From: Octopus bimaculoides
Lineage: Eukaryota
Length of the DNA stretch: 64,000 bases
Assembly (NCBI RefSeq): GCF_001194135.2
Contig: NC_068983.1
Location: forward strand, 107,967,490-108,031,489
Direction of reading: 5' to 3'
Shown here: in pieces, positions 13,849 to 27,845 of the stretch
Layout: each line of letters opens with the position of its first letter
How positions within the stretch are numbered: the first letter of the stretch is position 1
Made by a program: the position numbers and the translations under genes
The notes under the pieces: generated by a model
What the model was told of the DNA's origin: nothing
Seen by the model: the letters and a program-made list of their open reading frames with translations, nothing else
Database searches by the model: none

Positions 13849-14391
13849 ATTGGGGATGGAATTTGGTATCTTGAAGTGTGTGGTGCTTATTTTGAAGCAG
13901 GGGAAAAGAGTAAATTGTAGGGGCATAGAATTGCCAAACGGAATGAGAATGGAAGACCCAGATAATGCTGGGTACACTTGGGATCCTGAAGCAGGACAAT
14001 ATCTTGCACAGAGAAATGAAAGACAAGATCACTACTGCATATTTCAAGTGCCTCAAACGTCTCTTGAAATCAAAGCTCAACTCAAGGAACCTTGTGACTG
14101 CCATCAACATAAGGGCTGTTGCTGTAGTCCGCTATAGTACACCCATCCTGAGATGTACACTAGTGGAGATTGACCAATTCGATTGCACTACCCGAAAGAC
14201 AATGGAAAATCATGGTGCCCTCCACCCTAAAGCAACTGTACACAGGCTCTACATGAAGAGGGGTAAGGGTGGACGTGGGCTGATAAGCATATGGGAGTGC
14301 ATCAGCAGGTGGCTTAAGAAGGGTGACCTAAAAAAGAATACTGAAAGCCTAATCATTGTGGCCCAGAACCAGGCATTGAATACCAACTCAG
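13849..14391 (+). pseudogene. R4/Dong/Rex6-clade reverse transcriptase fragment (frameshifted, internally deleted)
   Basis: GMEFGILKC..KQGK..IELPNG, LGILKQDNILHREMKDKITTAYFKCLKRLLKSKLNSRNLVTAINIRAVAVVRYS, GALHPKATVHRLYMKRGKGGRGLISI and WLKKGDLKKNTESLIIVAQNQALNTN. Confidence 0.9.
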
Positions 14392-14401
14392 TGGTATATA
14401 T

Positions 14402-14812
14402 ACGATGGGCTTCTTTCAGTTTCCGTCTACCAAATCCATTCACAAGGCTTTGGTCGGCCTGAGGCTATAGTAGAAGACACTTGCCCAAGGTGCCATGCAG
14501 TAGGACTGAACTCGGAACCATGTGGTTGGTAAGCAAGCTACTTACCACACAGCCACTCCTATATCTTTAAAGTATGGTACTTATTCTAGTGATTCTTTTT
14601 CCGAAATCACCATGTTACAAGGGTGTAAACAAACCAACACTGGTTGTCAATTGAAGGAGGGGGACAAATACAAACATGCCTACATGAATATACTATGATC
14701 TTCTTTTAGTTTCCTCTCACATGGCTTTGGTAGGCCCAAGGCTATAACAGAAGATCTGTTCAATGGGACTGAACCTGAAACCATGTGGTTGAGAAGTAAA
14801 TTTTTCATGTCA
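14402..14812 (-). mobile_element. two adjacent SINE family A copies (the second degraded)
   Basis: 14402-14560 is a well-preserved head and CORE segment. 14575-14812 is a decayed copy. Confidence 0.8.
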
Positions 14813-15691
14813 CTAACATTGCATTATCTTAAATATATATGTAGACTTTCTGTAGACTCCATACAAATCCAGCTGGTTTTACACTATACTAAAGTTTACT
14901 TTAGCTTAAAATCCTGTTATCAACTTCTGCTAAAATTTTCAGGAACCTTTAAATATTCTGGGTCTTGACTTTTATTTACATTATTTTCCATTTTTAACTT
15001 TCAAAATATCTTGCATAATCACAAATCTTTGGAATGCCCTTATCATCCCAGCTCACACACAGCTTCCACCATCTCCTACATTTCTTCCATGTGATTGTAT
15101 TTCTTCTCTTCCATTCTTTATCGATGGTAATCTCAGTTTAATCTCCACTATTCAATAATTGTTTTTTCTATTTCTAGCCTTTACTTTGCAACAACCTTTT
15201 AACTAACGCACTACACTGGTACATACCTAACATTTAAAAATGATTAATCTTGTTTATTTCAATACAGTCTGAGGAGCCAGTTTTGGTGCAACTTTGAAGT
15301 TACTGTTGTCATTAAAAAAAATAAATAAATTTTACTTTATGTAATGAGTTTTTTTTTTTTTGGTTAAAATTTTAAGGTAACTTTATATATAAATATATAT
15401 GTATTATTATTATTATTTCTAAATCTCTCAAAGAAAGACATTCAGTAACAGTTCTTTAAAGTAAATGCTATTCACCAACATAATGTGGCTGTCCTGAAAG
15501 GGATGATGTTACTGTTGTTTTAGCCCCTGTTCGAAAATATAAGGACACAGATAGTGTGTTGTNNNNNNNNNNNNNNNNNNNNNNNNNNNNNNNNNNNNNN
15601 NNNNNNNNNNNNNNNNNNNNNNNNNNNNNNNNNNNNNNNNNNNNNNNNNNNNNNNNNGTAAATGGTATTTGCCAACATAATGTGGCTGTCC

Positions 15692-15729
<38 letters not shown>

Positions 15730-18700
15730 AAATTTCTACTTTAATATATTTTAAATATACACAAAAAGCAGAAAAGAAAATTAAAGTATATCAATAAAAA
15801 CAAACTTAGAAATTCTTTAATGTCCAATTGATGTATTGATCATTTATGGATATCAAAGAGAGAAGGGTACAGTGAGCTGCCAGTAATTTAATTAGGAAAA
15901 CATTTAAAAGTTAATGATTTCATTTATATGCTAAGTGAGAACATACATAAATAGTCATAAAAAAAAATTAATAAAAGTAATAACATTTAGGAATCTATTT
16001 ATCATCTTCAGTTTCACCTATTTCTTTGAATCTTAAACTCATTTTCAAGGTATATTTATCCACATTTACTTGTATGATGTTTCACACTATTAACTGCACA
16101 AATCTTAGCACTTCCATTTTTCTTAAAAGGAAAGTATGAGCTAATGTACTTCCACATTGTGTGCATCCCTACCACACACATACTTCTATTTAGAAAAAAA
16201 ATAAGAAAAGAAAAGAAAAAGACAATTTAAAGTTATGTTTGAGAGATACTGATAAAAGATGAATTTGTAAGTGTGTGGAGGAGTTCCTAATTGTTTATTA
16301 CAAATAACAAGCAAGGCATGTTTTTTGTAAATTATTTTTTTATTTGTAATAATAATAATAATAATAATAATAATGATAATAATAAATAATATATATGTGT
16401 GTTTGTACATAAATACTGCAGGACACATTGGTTTGTTAGTCAAACAAGATGAGTGGGACTTCAAATGAGGCTGGTCTATGAGATCTAACATAACCAAATA
16501 AAATGACAAAAGGTGGAAAATCTATGTAAGTCATTAGTATATGGAAAGAAACCATTAAAACAAGACAGAAATGTGAATATCTGATGGTAAAGAAAGTGTA
16601 CTGTTGTATTCTTTAGAGTACAGCTCGTAATACATTAGGGTAGGACTTTTTAATGGTAAACGATGATATCACCTTAATCATTGGAAACTACTAGCACTAA
16701 AGCAGCTTTTTGAACTGGAAAAGCAAATGAGGTTTTCAGATTCAGCACCAGCAATATGAAAAGATTGGTTATGCTAGGCTAAGTCCGACAAGATAAGTCT
16801 AATCAAATTTATTGAAAATAAAAAAGTAATATGAAAAGCTGAAAATTTCTGTAGTAGTGTATAATTGAATAAAAGATGGCAATATGGTAGGCTGAAATGC
16901 ATATCCGTTCCATCAACAAACTGAATATATTTTTAATAAGGTCTATTCAAATGCAATCTTTAAGATCTTATATATTCATTTATCTACATACGTTCTTTTA
17001 CTTCATGCTAAATTCATTATTTCTTATTATCAGAATTTCTATCAGATCAAAAAGACTTTATCTTTTCAAAGATGCATCTGTGAAACCAATAAATGATATC
17101 GTAATAAACATTAATTTTCTTTTTCTATTACCTAGGAGCCTGGTTATATTTCCTGTGAAGCCTTAAAATGAAGTATATTTCTTGAAATATATTTCAATAT
17201 AAGAGAATTTAAAAAAAAAAAGAAAATAATTATCACCAAGAAATACATTATAGATGAAGAGAATATGATGTAGATGTATAAATGTTGTCTAAAATTATCA
17301 TTTTCAGATAGTAATCATCATTGTTTTCCAAGTATTGGTAAGTAAAACTTCAACTTCATTTTATACAAGTATTTTGCTACAAAATTAATTCTAAAGTAAA
17401 ATAGATTATTGAAGACTCAGATATTTAATTTCTTGAGTTTTGTGCTTATAAAATATCAAGTATTAATATTAAATATATTAACTGCAACATATATTAGAAA
17501 ATAGATCTGCTCCATTCAAACTGATTTTAGAACGTAATGATCTTCAAACATATCTTGTATAGTTATTTCAAAACTTATAATTAGTAACAATCTATATATT
17601 ACTAATGAAGCAAAGGAAAGAGAAACAGTCTCATTAGTAAACAATAGGCGACAACTTTCTATGACATTTTAAGCTGACAATTGGCAGAGATAGGTCATAC
17701 TTAAAACTTTACCTTAAATGTCAATACATTGTTGATTGGCGATTAGGTAAGCAAGGGTTAAGATAGGAAGAAATGTAGAATCTAATTTATTAATTAACAT
17801 TGATGATTTGAAAGACTTTAGAACAACAGCTACAACTAGGAGGAGGAAGAGCAGTAGCAGCAGCTAATGTCACATCCTCTTCTTAATTATGTGTTCTTAT
17901 AAAATAATAAATTTAACAACTCAAAGTAGGATATTCTGAAAAATGTTACCAGTAGAAAAGAATACATTAAAGTTTCTATATGATGTATAAATGTTGATGT
18001 TTTTCTTTTGTTATTGAAATAATAAATTATAGAATATACTTTCAAATATCAACTTTTAAAAATTATATATCTGCCAAAAATATTGATTTAAAAGTAAAAA
18101 AAAAATGAAAATTTATAAATAATGTAAAAGGAAGAAGATTGTATAAGTCAATTAGAAGTTGGGAGATGATAGAAAATGTCTGAGTGGGAATGTGGGAGAG
18201 AAACATGATTGCCCAGCAATAAAAGGTGATAGTGTGATATAGAAAGCAATGTTTGTGTTAAGAAGCAAATATTAGTGATTGAACATCATCAATGATCTTG
18301 AATCAAGTCGTGATATCTGTAAATTCTTCTGAAGAAAGTAAATCTTGTGCATAGTAAGGTCATGGTCTTGAGATTTTAGGATTGTCAAAAGAGATTATTG
18401 AAATGGTGCAATAAAGCTTTTAAATGATAGTAGAGTGCAAAAGGATTACGGATAATATGATACTGGTTTTATTAATGATGATAAATTTCATATTTGTCAT
18501 GCTTAAATAGCAATAGAGCAGAAAATTATTCAAATTAGGATAACTTTAGATGTTATGCTGAGACTGATTTGCACATTTTTCAAATTAAATGCATATTAAT
18601 GATAAATGTCTCTCAAAAGCGGCAGCACTTTTGCTGCCTTTATTCTTAACTCAGCCATGTTTAATAGATGAGATATAAATCTTCCACTGGAGAGAGTTCC

Positions 18701-21700
18701 AGTATATTACAGGTATATCTCTATAAAAATCCTACTCACCATGAAAAAGGAAGATAAGACACATAAGAAATAAATATATAATAAATGTCCACAAGCAAAC
18801 AATTACTGCAAGCATAAATATGTGATGTCTGAGCAGGCAGTCTATTCATCTTCAGTCAATCACTAATAAATATTTTGTGCATCTCAATCAAGCAGTAGCA
18901 TCAGTCAATGAGTGTTTAGTCCTATTAATGTTGGAACATTTGTGATGTCCATGTTCTTCCAAAGTGCAAGTGAAATTCACTATGACCATGAATCACTTTT
19001 TTCAATTCAACTCATTGAAACTAACTTTCTGCTCAAAGAATATTTTAAAAGGTCAAAATTAATGATTAATATTCAGTCATAAAGGATAATACTGGAAATT
19101 AATTATTGCACAATGTGCAATATTTCAAGTGCCTTTCAACTGTGGATGTACATGTATGCGCCTGTGTGTACATGAACTTATGTATGAGGGAAAAAATGCA
19201 ATGACTAAAATGGATAAAGAGAGATCACATTTAGAATGTTTGAATAGATTATGTTCTTTTAGACATTAAAAGATTATTATGAAGTGTGATTCAGTAGAAA
19301 TTGACTGCTTTGAAAAACATTGAGTAGAAAACACCAATAATCCTCTTGAGCAGAAGTCACTGGCAATTTCAAAATAGGAGGTATAAGTTCAAAGATAACA
19401 GATTCCTTTTATCTTTTCATTGACCTTAGAGATGCTGATAACAATAGAATAATGAGTCAGAAGCAGGCTTTATGATATAGGGGAGAAAAGGAGCAATATT
19501 TTATGAAGCATGAGAGAAAGATGCTTTTGTGTAAAAGATACAATCATTTAATAAGAGGATGGATGATTTGATCAAACATACTGCAAAGGAACATTATAGG
19601 ATATTTAATTGTGTATTATAATTGTTGTATACTTTTTAATCACTGAAAGCATGCATTAAAGGAACAATAATACTACAAGATTTTAAAAGATTTCTTTATA
19701 CATTTTTGCAATTTTATATTACAAACCATTAAAAAAAAATTATAAAAAGTATTTTAAAAATGTACTATACAGTAGAAGGTCTTGCTAGGTTCGATTTGCA
19801 GTTATTGCTATTTCACTTCATTTTGCCTTTGAGAAAGATATGAATGTCACAGCTTTTCATCTTACCCGAAATATAAATCAATAGGGCTAAACAACCATAC
19901 AAGCTATGATTGGATACAAAAACCAAGCGATTGATTCTATTTATAAATAGAATCTTGGATAATATAAATAGAATGGTTAATAAAAATACTGCCATTTAAT
20001 TATCATGCCATTTTGTCTTTCCTATTTTAATATGAAATATTAATAAAGAATGATTGGAAACAAGTCCTTCCTGCTTTGTAACATTCAAAAACATATGCAT
20101 TTAAACAAATTTTATACTCTTTGCTACTTGTTGAAAGAATTATTTTCAGGGACCCGGAGGAATTTCTGAATGTATATCAAAATTTGTCTGACATTATATG
20201 AGATTCTGCTATTTATTATAATCCATTGAACATTTTTTTTTTGTTGTTGTCTCTGAAAACAACAGTTTTTAATATTTGTTTTTCTTTGTTGACTCTAATG
20301 AACAGAAACAGATAACCAATGAAGTGTAGACTAGACCATTTTAATACCCTGCTCAATCACAAGCAGCTCATGAACTGAGATTTTTACAAGACACATTAAA
20401 TCAACCAAGAACACTATTGCTGTGTAGCCTCAAAGTCAGCTCTGATTTAGCTGATATATGATAACAAACACTCAACCTGTAACCATCTCCCAACCACCAA
20501 AACAGTGTATTCCAGACGACAGTGTTTTGTTTTTGCATACACAATAGGATTTGATTTAAGAAGATATTGTTGCTCTTTCAACTAAAACAAGTAACTGTGC
20601 TGACAACAGCAAACTTAACCTGTAAATTACATGGATATGAATCACCTCACTTAAATAGTGTAACATTGTTTTTAACTGAAGTGATTCAAACCATTGACTT
20701 TACAAGTCACACTTAATTAGCATAGAACTACAAATGCAAAATAATGTACCAGTGTACCCTGTAAAACATAAGAATATAGCCTAATCAGTATAAGTAGCAA
20801 CTAATTCCAATGCAGCAGTAGAACTACCAAACTGTATAATGAGGTCATTAATCTAACAAGAAGAATCAACCATATGGATTTCATTGTCCACCGTGAATTA
20901 CTGAAGCAGCAAAATAGGCTTATTTTCAGAGCTGGTTTTTGGATTTAGACACTGGATTTTATTTCAGTTTACATTTCGCAATACATACACTGTTCACATA
21001 TGGGGAGATGAGACGGAGTGTGAGAGAGGAGGGAAGGTTTATGAGAGGATTTAAAATTTATACACTATTCAGAGAAGTGAAATCAAGTATGTGCTTATAT
21101 ATTTCTTTTAGATGGGATCTATAGTGCCATTAACTTAAAATTTGGCATTGACCATTCTGTCATACTAACTACACAAGGTGATAAATAGTTGCAAAGTTTC
21201 TCAATTAAAAACTAATCAACTATCTAATAATAGACTGAAAGTTACCATTAGATTTAATTTATTATTAAAATATGCAATATTTGCCTAAAACCTGTAGCTT
21301 TCGTTACGTTAATTCATTTCTCAGTTATGGATTGAATATAGCATAAATATTATAACTGAAAATAGCTTTTGTTAAAGTAGTTTATTTTTATCAATTTACA
21401 CCACTTTTCTAGCATTATAAGTAATCTTTAGTATACCGTTTGTATCACGGTTTTCCCCAAATATATGTATAAGTCTACCTCTCGTCCATCTACATAAAGA
21501 TGACTGTGTGTATATATATTCATAAACACTCCTGCATATATATATATATATATATAGCAATAAGAAAATGGAGGGGAATAAGTGGTATTTATCAATTTGC
21601 AGACATTGTATTGTGTCAATTTACCTGTTTATTTGTTTAATAAAAGGACAAAAATTACAATATACAAACACATGCGACATATTATGTATGTATATATATA

Positions 21701-21805
21701 TACATGCATATATATATACATACATATATATACATATACATATATATATACATATACATATACATATATATACATATATGCATATACATATATATATACA
21801 TATAC

Positions 21806-21836
<31 letters not shown>

Positions 21837-22866
21837 NNNNNNNNNNNNNNNNNNNNNNNNNNNNNNNNNNNNNNNNNNNNNNNNNNNNNNNNNNNNNNNN
21901 NNNNNNNNNNNNNNNNNNNNNNNNNNNNNNNNNNNNNNNNNNNNNNNNNNNNNNNNNNNNNNNNNNNNNNNNNNNNNNNNNNNNNNNNNNNNNNNNNNNN
22001 NNNNNNNNNNNNNNNNNNNNNNNNNNNNNNNNNNNNNNNNNNNNNNNNNNNNNNNNNNNNNNNNNNNNNNNNNNNNNNNNNNNNNNNNNNNNNNNNNNNN
22101 NNNNNNNNNNNNNNNNNNNNNNNNNNNNNNNNNNNNNNNNNNNNNNNNNNNNNNNNNNNNNNNNNNNNNNNNNNNNNNNNNNNNNNNNNNNNNNNNNNNN
22201 NNNNNNNTTATATTACATACAAGAATAAGAGGAATGACCAGCAAATATGGATTCCTGAATGCTATATATATATATATATCTATATATATATATATACACA
22301 TTTACATAGATATATATATTCATATATATATATACATACATATATTCATATATATATATATATATATAATTTCATATACATTTACACATGCACATACAAA
22401 CACAACAGCATGGAAAACTTGAGATGATAATAATGACATATTCTGGAGTTGATATTTAGAACAATTTAAAAGGTTGATAGTCAGATGTATATTTTGCTAA
22501 TTAAAAGTTTTAGTGGTGCTGGAGAAATTAGTGCCTCATGATTAAAATAGTCATAACTGTCTGGTGATAATAATAGTCCTAAAATATTTGGACTAATTTT
22601 AGAAAATATGGTGTTAATGAGTCAAAGAATAGTCATTTAATAATTTGAGGATGAAATAGACTGACATAAATAATAATTTTGGTCTGTATTATGAAATACT
22701 AATGTAGTAATTAACACTATAAAAATAGATTGTCCTTTAGTTGAATGAAAGCTTATGGAAGAAAAGGCCATTTAACTGTAGAATGACTAAAGACATTTTT
22801 TTTTAAATACAACAATTAGAGACCAAAGAAACTAACACTAGTCTATGCCAGCAAAGAACAAAGATA

Positions 22867-22906
<40 letters not shown>

Positions 22907-24280
22907 AACAGACAAAATTGAGAAGTGAGTTCTGATCTTTCAGGTAGAGTCGTTTTTTTAAAAAAAATGAGACTATTTTTTATCAGTTAATCAGGAGGAT
23001 GGGCAGTGACTATAATCCTTTATAGGATACATGAGACTGGTGAAAGAGTAGAGATGAAGTTTACTATAATCATATTGCAATGATAATATAACACAGAATT
23101 TGGGGTAGAAACCACAAGAAATTATAATGAAATGAAAACAACAGCTGAGATTTATGTATCAATACAAAATGTTTTAGTAAACAGCAACATATACAGATGA
23201 CACTTTCTCTAAAACATCATCACCCAAATATCAGGCTTGTTTACCTTCCTAATTTATGTAAGGACTTCTGTTTTTGGCATCACTTCACACATTTACACAT
23301 TTCAATAAAAATTACTGCATTTTAAACATTCTCCCATGTCTATAATACTTTTATTAAATTTTGTTCTCTTTGATTTATAATATTTATTATTACAAATATT
23401 ATATTCATAATATTAAATAACTTTTAATTCAGTATTTCTGCTCAGTTTGAAGTGTATAAAAAAGATAGGTTTTAAAAAAAGGCATTGTTTTTAAGGTATA
23501 TCCAATCACATTTTGATGTCATCTGGTACATAGTTCTGCTTCTTTTACTTCAGCTCAATTTAGGGAAGTATGCAGTTTCAGCCTAGAAGTCTTTTGCATT
23601 GACTTGTTTTACTTATTTGATAGGAATACAAACATGGAAAGGACAGCTAGAAAGGATTGATTGTTTCTGAGACACTGAGTACTGAGAAATCTTGAGAAAT
23701 GTGTTAAGAAAATGGTTAGGTACAGAAATGGTTATTCTCCAAGATTTTCTACTTTTTAGTATAGTTCAATTTTCTTTTCTTCATATCCTGTTACAATAAG
23801 TCATACAAAGCAGCCCTTTCAAATCCTATTTCAGATATAGTTGCTATTTCATTAAGCTGCTCTGCTATCATTCATCAATTTCGTCATTGATTTAGCCACT
23901 AGAAAGTGAAATACAATCTTTTTTAAGAACTTCTTTGATATATTTTTGAAATTTGATACTATTCTAAGTTAAATACTGTGTCTGAAAGATGATGATATAA
24001 AAGTCAAAGAAAATCATCTGTGTTTTAAGGACATCTTCAGTGGGATTAAAACTAAATTCACAATGTACAATGAAAGCAATATTTCAGATTTGAGTAAATA
24101 TGAGTGTTCTAAACTGTTTATGCTTTTTAGATAAATGTTGTAACAAAGTCTCTTAAAATGCTACCAAAGTGTGAATTCCTATGGAACATATTTATTAATT
24201 ACTCAGAAACTGAAAAGTTAAGCTTACCCAAGTTTCTTTTCTTTTCCTTTTGCTGATAATGTTTTTTGATCTTGTTTTAG

Positions 24281-24402
24281 TCCAGATAAGCTTTATGATA
24301 AATTTCCAGATTATCAAAGACTACCAGATAACATCATTTTCAAAGACATTTGGGATGAAGTTCTAGTTTCTACATATGTAGAGGATGCAAATGTAGTAGC
24401 AA
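24281..24402 (+). CDS. candidate internal exon, product unknown (PDKLYDKFPDYQRLPDNIIFKDIWDEVLVSTYVEDANVVA)
   Basis: Long polypyrimidine acceptor ending cttgttttag|T, donor CAA|gtacga, 40 open codons with protein-like composition. Confidence 0.3.
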
Positions 24403-24984
24403 GTACGAATGATTGCAATACAGAGTATCAGAGACCTTAACTTTAATAGAGCTATTTACAATCTTTTTCACAGAAAAATGGTTGGAATAGATTTAAGTAT
24501 CTGTTTTGAATCATAGAAGGTTTACATGTGATCCCACCCTTTAATACTATTAAAGAAAGAACATTCAATTTAATTAAGCATAAAAATATCTCCAAGTTAT
24601 TACTTAAGGTAGATGGCACATTGTCTTCACACATTACAGTAGAAGTGGAAGATAGAAAAACTATATTTCAAATAGAAACCATTTAGGAACATATCTGTGC
24701 ATGTAGAGAAGACAACAATGGAGTAATCAGTAGCATATTTAGTTTGCCATATTATATAATATTGAGCAAGTAAATGTTAAATGATATCAAAGATGTAATG
24801 CAAATAAACTAATAAAGTTATTTTCCTATGACGACAATTGGTTCAAGGCAACTTGAAAGTGGACCTGACTAAATGAATATATTGTATTTAATCATGTACA
24901 ATATGAACTGATATATAAGACAGAATGCTAATTCTGAATAAGGGAGACTCAGAAAAAATATTTCATAAACAATATATAAAAGGT

Positions 24985-25145
24985 ATGGGTGTGGCTGTGT
25001 AGTAAAAAGCTTGCTTCTCAGCCACATGGTTCCAGGTTCAGTCCCACTGCATGGCACCTTCATCAAGTGTCTTTTACCATAGCACCAGGATGACCAAAGC
25101 CTTGTGGGTGGTTCTGGTAGATGGAAACTGAAAGAAACCCATTGT
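24985..25145 (+). mobile_element. SINE family A copy (5' part)
   Basis: ggttccaggttcagtcccactgcatggcacc...ggtagatggaaactgaaagaaaccc. Further copies lie near 3150-3240, 11720-11810, 26541-26660, 33685-33810, 36585-36715 and 59215-59365. Confidence 0.85.
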
Positions 25146-27051
25146 ATATACACACACAACTATGTGCGTGTCTTTGTCCCTCACTACTGCACTGTTTTTG
25201 CTAGATTTAGTTAGCATAATATTGATTTTAAAGGTTCTAATTTTAAATTAATATAAAGCTGTTAAGATTATGTAATAAACTTAGAGTTATACAAAACTAC
25301 TACTTTTCTTATGATAAGTGAGGAAAACTGTGATGGTGAACTGGTAATGGGATATTATGCAACAAAAGTTTATGAAATACTGATCTAAGATAATGTGAGC
25401 CTGTTCTTTTGGAGCCAAGTTGTTCTAGATGTATTGGTGGCTATCTTTTTCTATTGATTCTTTAAGTGTTAAAGTACAATTGTCTATTTGCATTTCAAGT
25501 GTCAGGTAAAGAGAAGTTTGTAAAAAATCACAGTGTAAGTGAAATACATATATTTTTGATTTTTTTTTAGTCTTCTTCGTGCTGCTTCCAGTGACTATCA
25601 TACAATGTCTGATGAGGACATCGCTTTATGTTGTAATATGGATACAATTACTTGAAGTCGTAATTGTAACAGGTGATGTGGTATGGCCAGTGTTGTAGTC
25701 ATTCTTCCTGTAGTTGATGTTGCTAATTATTCTATATAATGCCTTTCTTTGTTTAGTGGTTATATTGAATACAAAAGTTGGCTAGTTTTCTGTTTTTCTA
25801 CAAATGACACTGAATTCATTTCTACTGTGTGATGATGGTGTATTGTGTTTGAGCTTATTCCTGTTTTTTTATCAGTCTGGTTATTTCTGATACATAACTG
25901 GGGTTCGTTTTTCATGGTACCTTGTGGGATATGTTTGTAGGATGTGTCTTTAAATATTTTGTTAAATGAATGTTCTGCAGTATCAACGGTGTTTCTAATG
26001 CCTGACTTGGCACAGAGCTGTAATTTCATTCTGTCTCCTTTAGGGATACAACAATAGCTTTTCTAAATATAGTGACACATTCATCTCTCTCTCTACCTCC
26101 CTCACACTCACACACACACACACTCTCTCTCTATCACACAAAAAAGAAGCCTGTATGTAATGCTGGAAAGGAATTAAAGCGAAAATACCAATATAGCAAA
26201 ACTGAAATTATTTGGATTAAATGGAAAACAAGAATTATTGTAAAGTGTGTAAACAGAAATATTTGATGGGAGGATTAAAGAACATTAATGTATAAAATCA
26301 GTATAAAGATATAGAAAGTTAAAGTATAAACAGAGTATTCTGTCTGTCAAACCAAAAAAGCTGAAATGAAGATAAAAGAATATTTTCGGACTTTATCAGC
26401 GATTATCATTTATCAATTAAGGAATAGTCTAATATTAACTTACTTTACATTTTGAAGAGTGTTTTATTAATCTATGTTCAAACTCATCTTTTACTAGCTG
26501 AAATATAACAAACAACTAAATATATTGCATATGTATATATAGGCATGGCTGTGTGTGGTGTGCAAGGTAACTTGGGCAAGTGTCTTCTACTATAGCCTTG
26601 GACTAGTCAAAGGCTTGTGAGTGGTTTGGTAGATGGAAACTGAAAGAAACCTGTTGTGTGCATGTATGTATGTAAATACACACACACACTTCTTTTATTG
26701 CCTAGGAGGATTAAATGGTGAGACTAAGCTAGCAAATTTAAATGATTAAACACAGAGTCGTTAATTCTCTCTATATTTTATGGAATGTGTATGTCTCCAT
26801 TTCCAGCACCACTCCTTCCATGGATGCAAGAATGCATGTATGTATGTAGAGAGTAATGCTGACTTTCATTTTACTCAAACCACTCCAGACCTCCATATTA
26901 CCCTCTCACTCTTTCACTAATCCCTTGCTCTACTGTTTTTTTTTTTCCTTTCTATAAATCCCTTCTCTAACAGTTTCTCTTAGTGTCTTCACAAACATCT
27001 TCTAACAACATACCAATTCATCCTATGAGATAACCTTGTGGCTAATAAAAG

Positions 27052-27446
27052 AATTATTATTATTATTTGTGTCTCATCAGGTGACCTGTAATTCAGACTG
27101 CTTCATGGTCGCACAGACAAAATAGAGAAGGTGTTATCCCAGACAATGGCAAAGGAGATGTGCTGGAATAGCCACTTTGACTCAGCGTGCTCACAATTGC
27201 AAATAATCATCTCCGCTCTGATAGTGGTCAGCAGAGATACGCTCCAGGATCCAAAAATGCCAGAGGTCTCCACTGTCAAAAGTAGAAAGCAACCAATATC
27301 TTGACAGTTTGTTTTCTCAGACTGACAAGCAACAGAGCCTGGGTGAAATACACCAAATTGCCACTGGGGATGGTGTCACAGCATGTGACATTCCAGATGA
27401 AGGGCCTACCATCATGGAATGGGAAAATTGTCATACTGTCAGCATA
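27052..27446 (-). mobile_element. 3' end of a CRE-like RLE non-LTR retrotransposon with (AAT)n tail
   Basis: The minus strand gives DSMTIFPFHDGRPFIWNVTCCDT and VETSGIFG..LL..ESKWLFQHISFAIVWDNTFSIL. These match the CRE-type RLE C-terminus pattern PDG.T..P...G....WD.T..DT...VET.G..G...W..QR.S.AI.RGN...IL. A TGA and (aat)n follow. Confidence 0.7.
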
Positions 27447-27845
27447 CTTTAATTTCTCATCCTCCCACTTATTTTTTCTTTCAGCTATGGGAATTTTTTA
27501 GTGTTCCTAGTTACATGGTAACCTCACTAGTGCTGCTGCCATAGGAAAAAGTACCCAGTCAATACACTCAGTAAAATGGATGCAAAGTAACAATGATACA
27601 CACACAAAAATATATGTATTCATTAAGCATCTGTACAGTTTCCATCAGCAAAATTTCATTCACAAGACAGGAGTTAATCTGAGGCTGCTGTAGATAAACA
27701 TATACGTGTATGCATGTGCACACATAAGAAGTAAGGTTAGATGGAAGTTACTCAAGAAAGCTAATGGCATGAATGTTGATAAACATTTTCCTATAAGCAT
27801 AAATAATAATGATAATAATAATAAAAAAAAAATAATAATAATAAT

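Noticed and set aside
19934-19953. Perfect 20-bp palindrome ATTCTATTTATAAATAGAAT and other 8-14 bp hairpins (6727, 13101, 18618, 52792)
   Set aside because: They are short or AT-rich and expected by chance in 64 kb.
25570-26040. Minus-strand ORF 25760-26029 with a protein-like look
   Set aside because: It has no convincing gene structure. A faint resemblance to decayed Penelope RT (KDTSYK, YDFK*LYP) is too weak to call.
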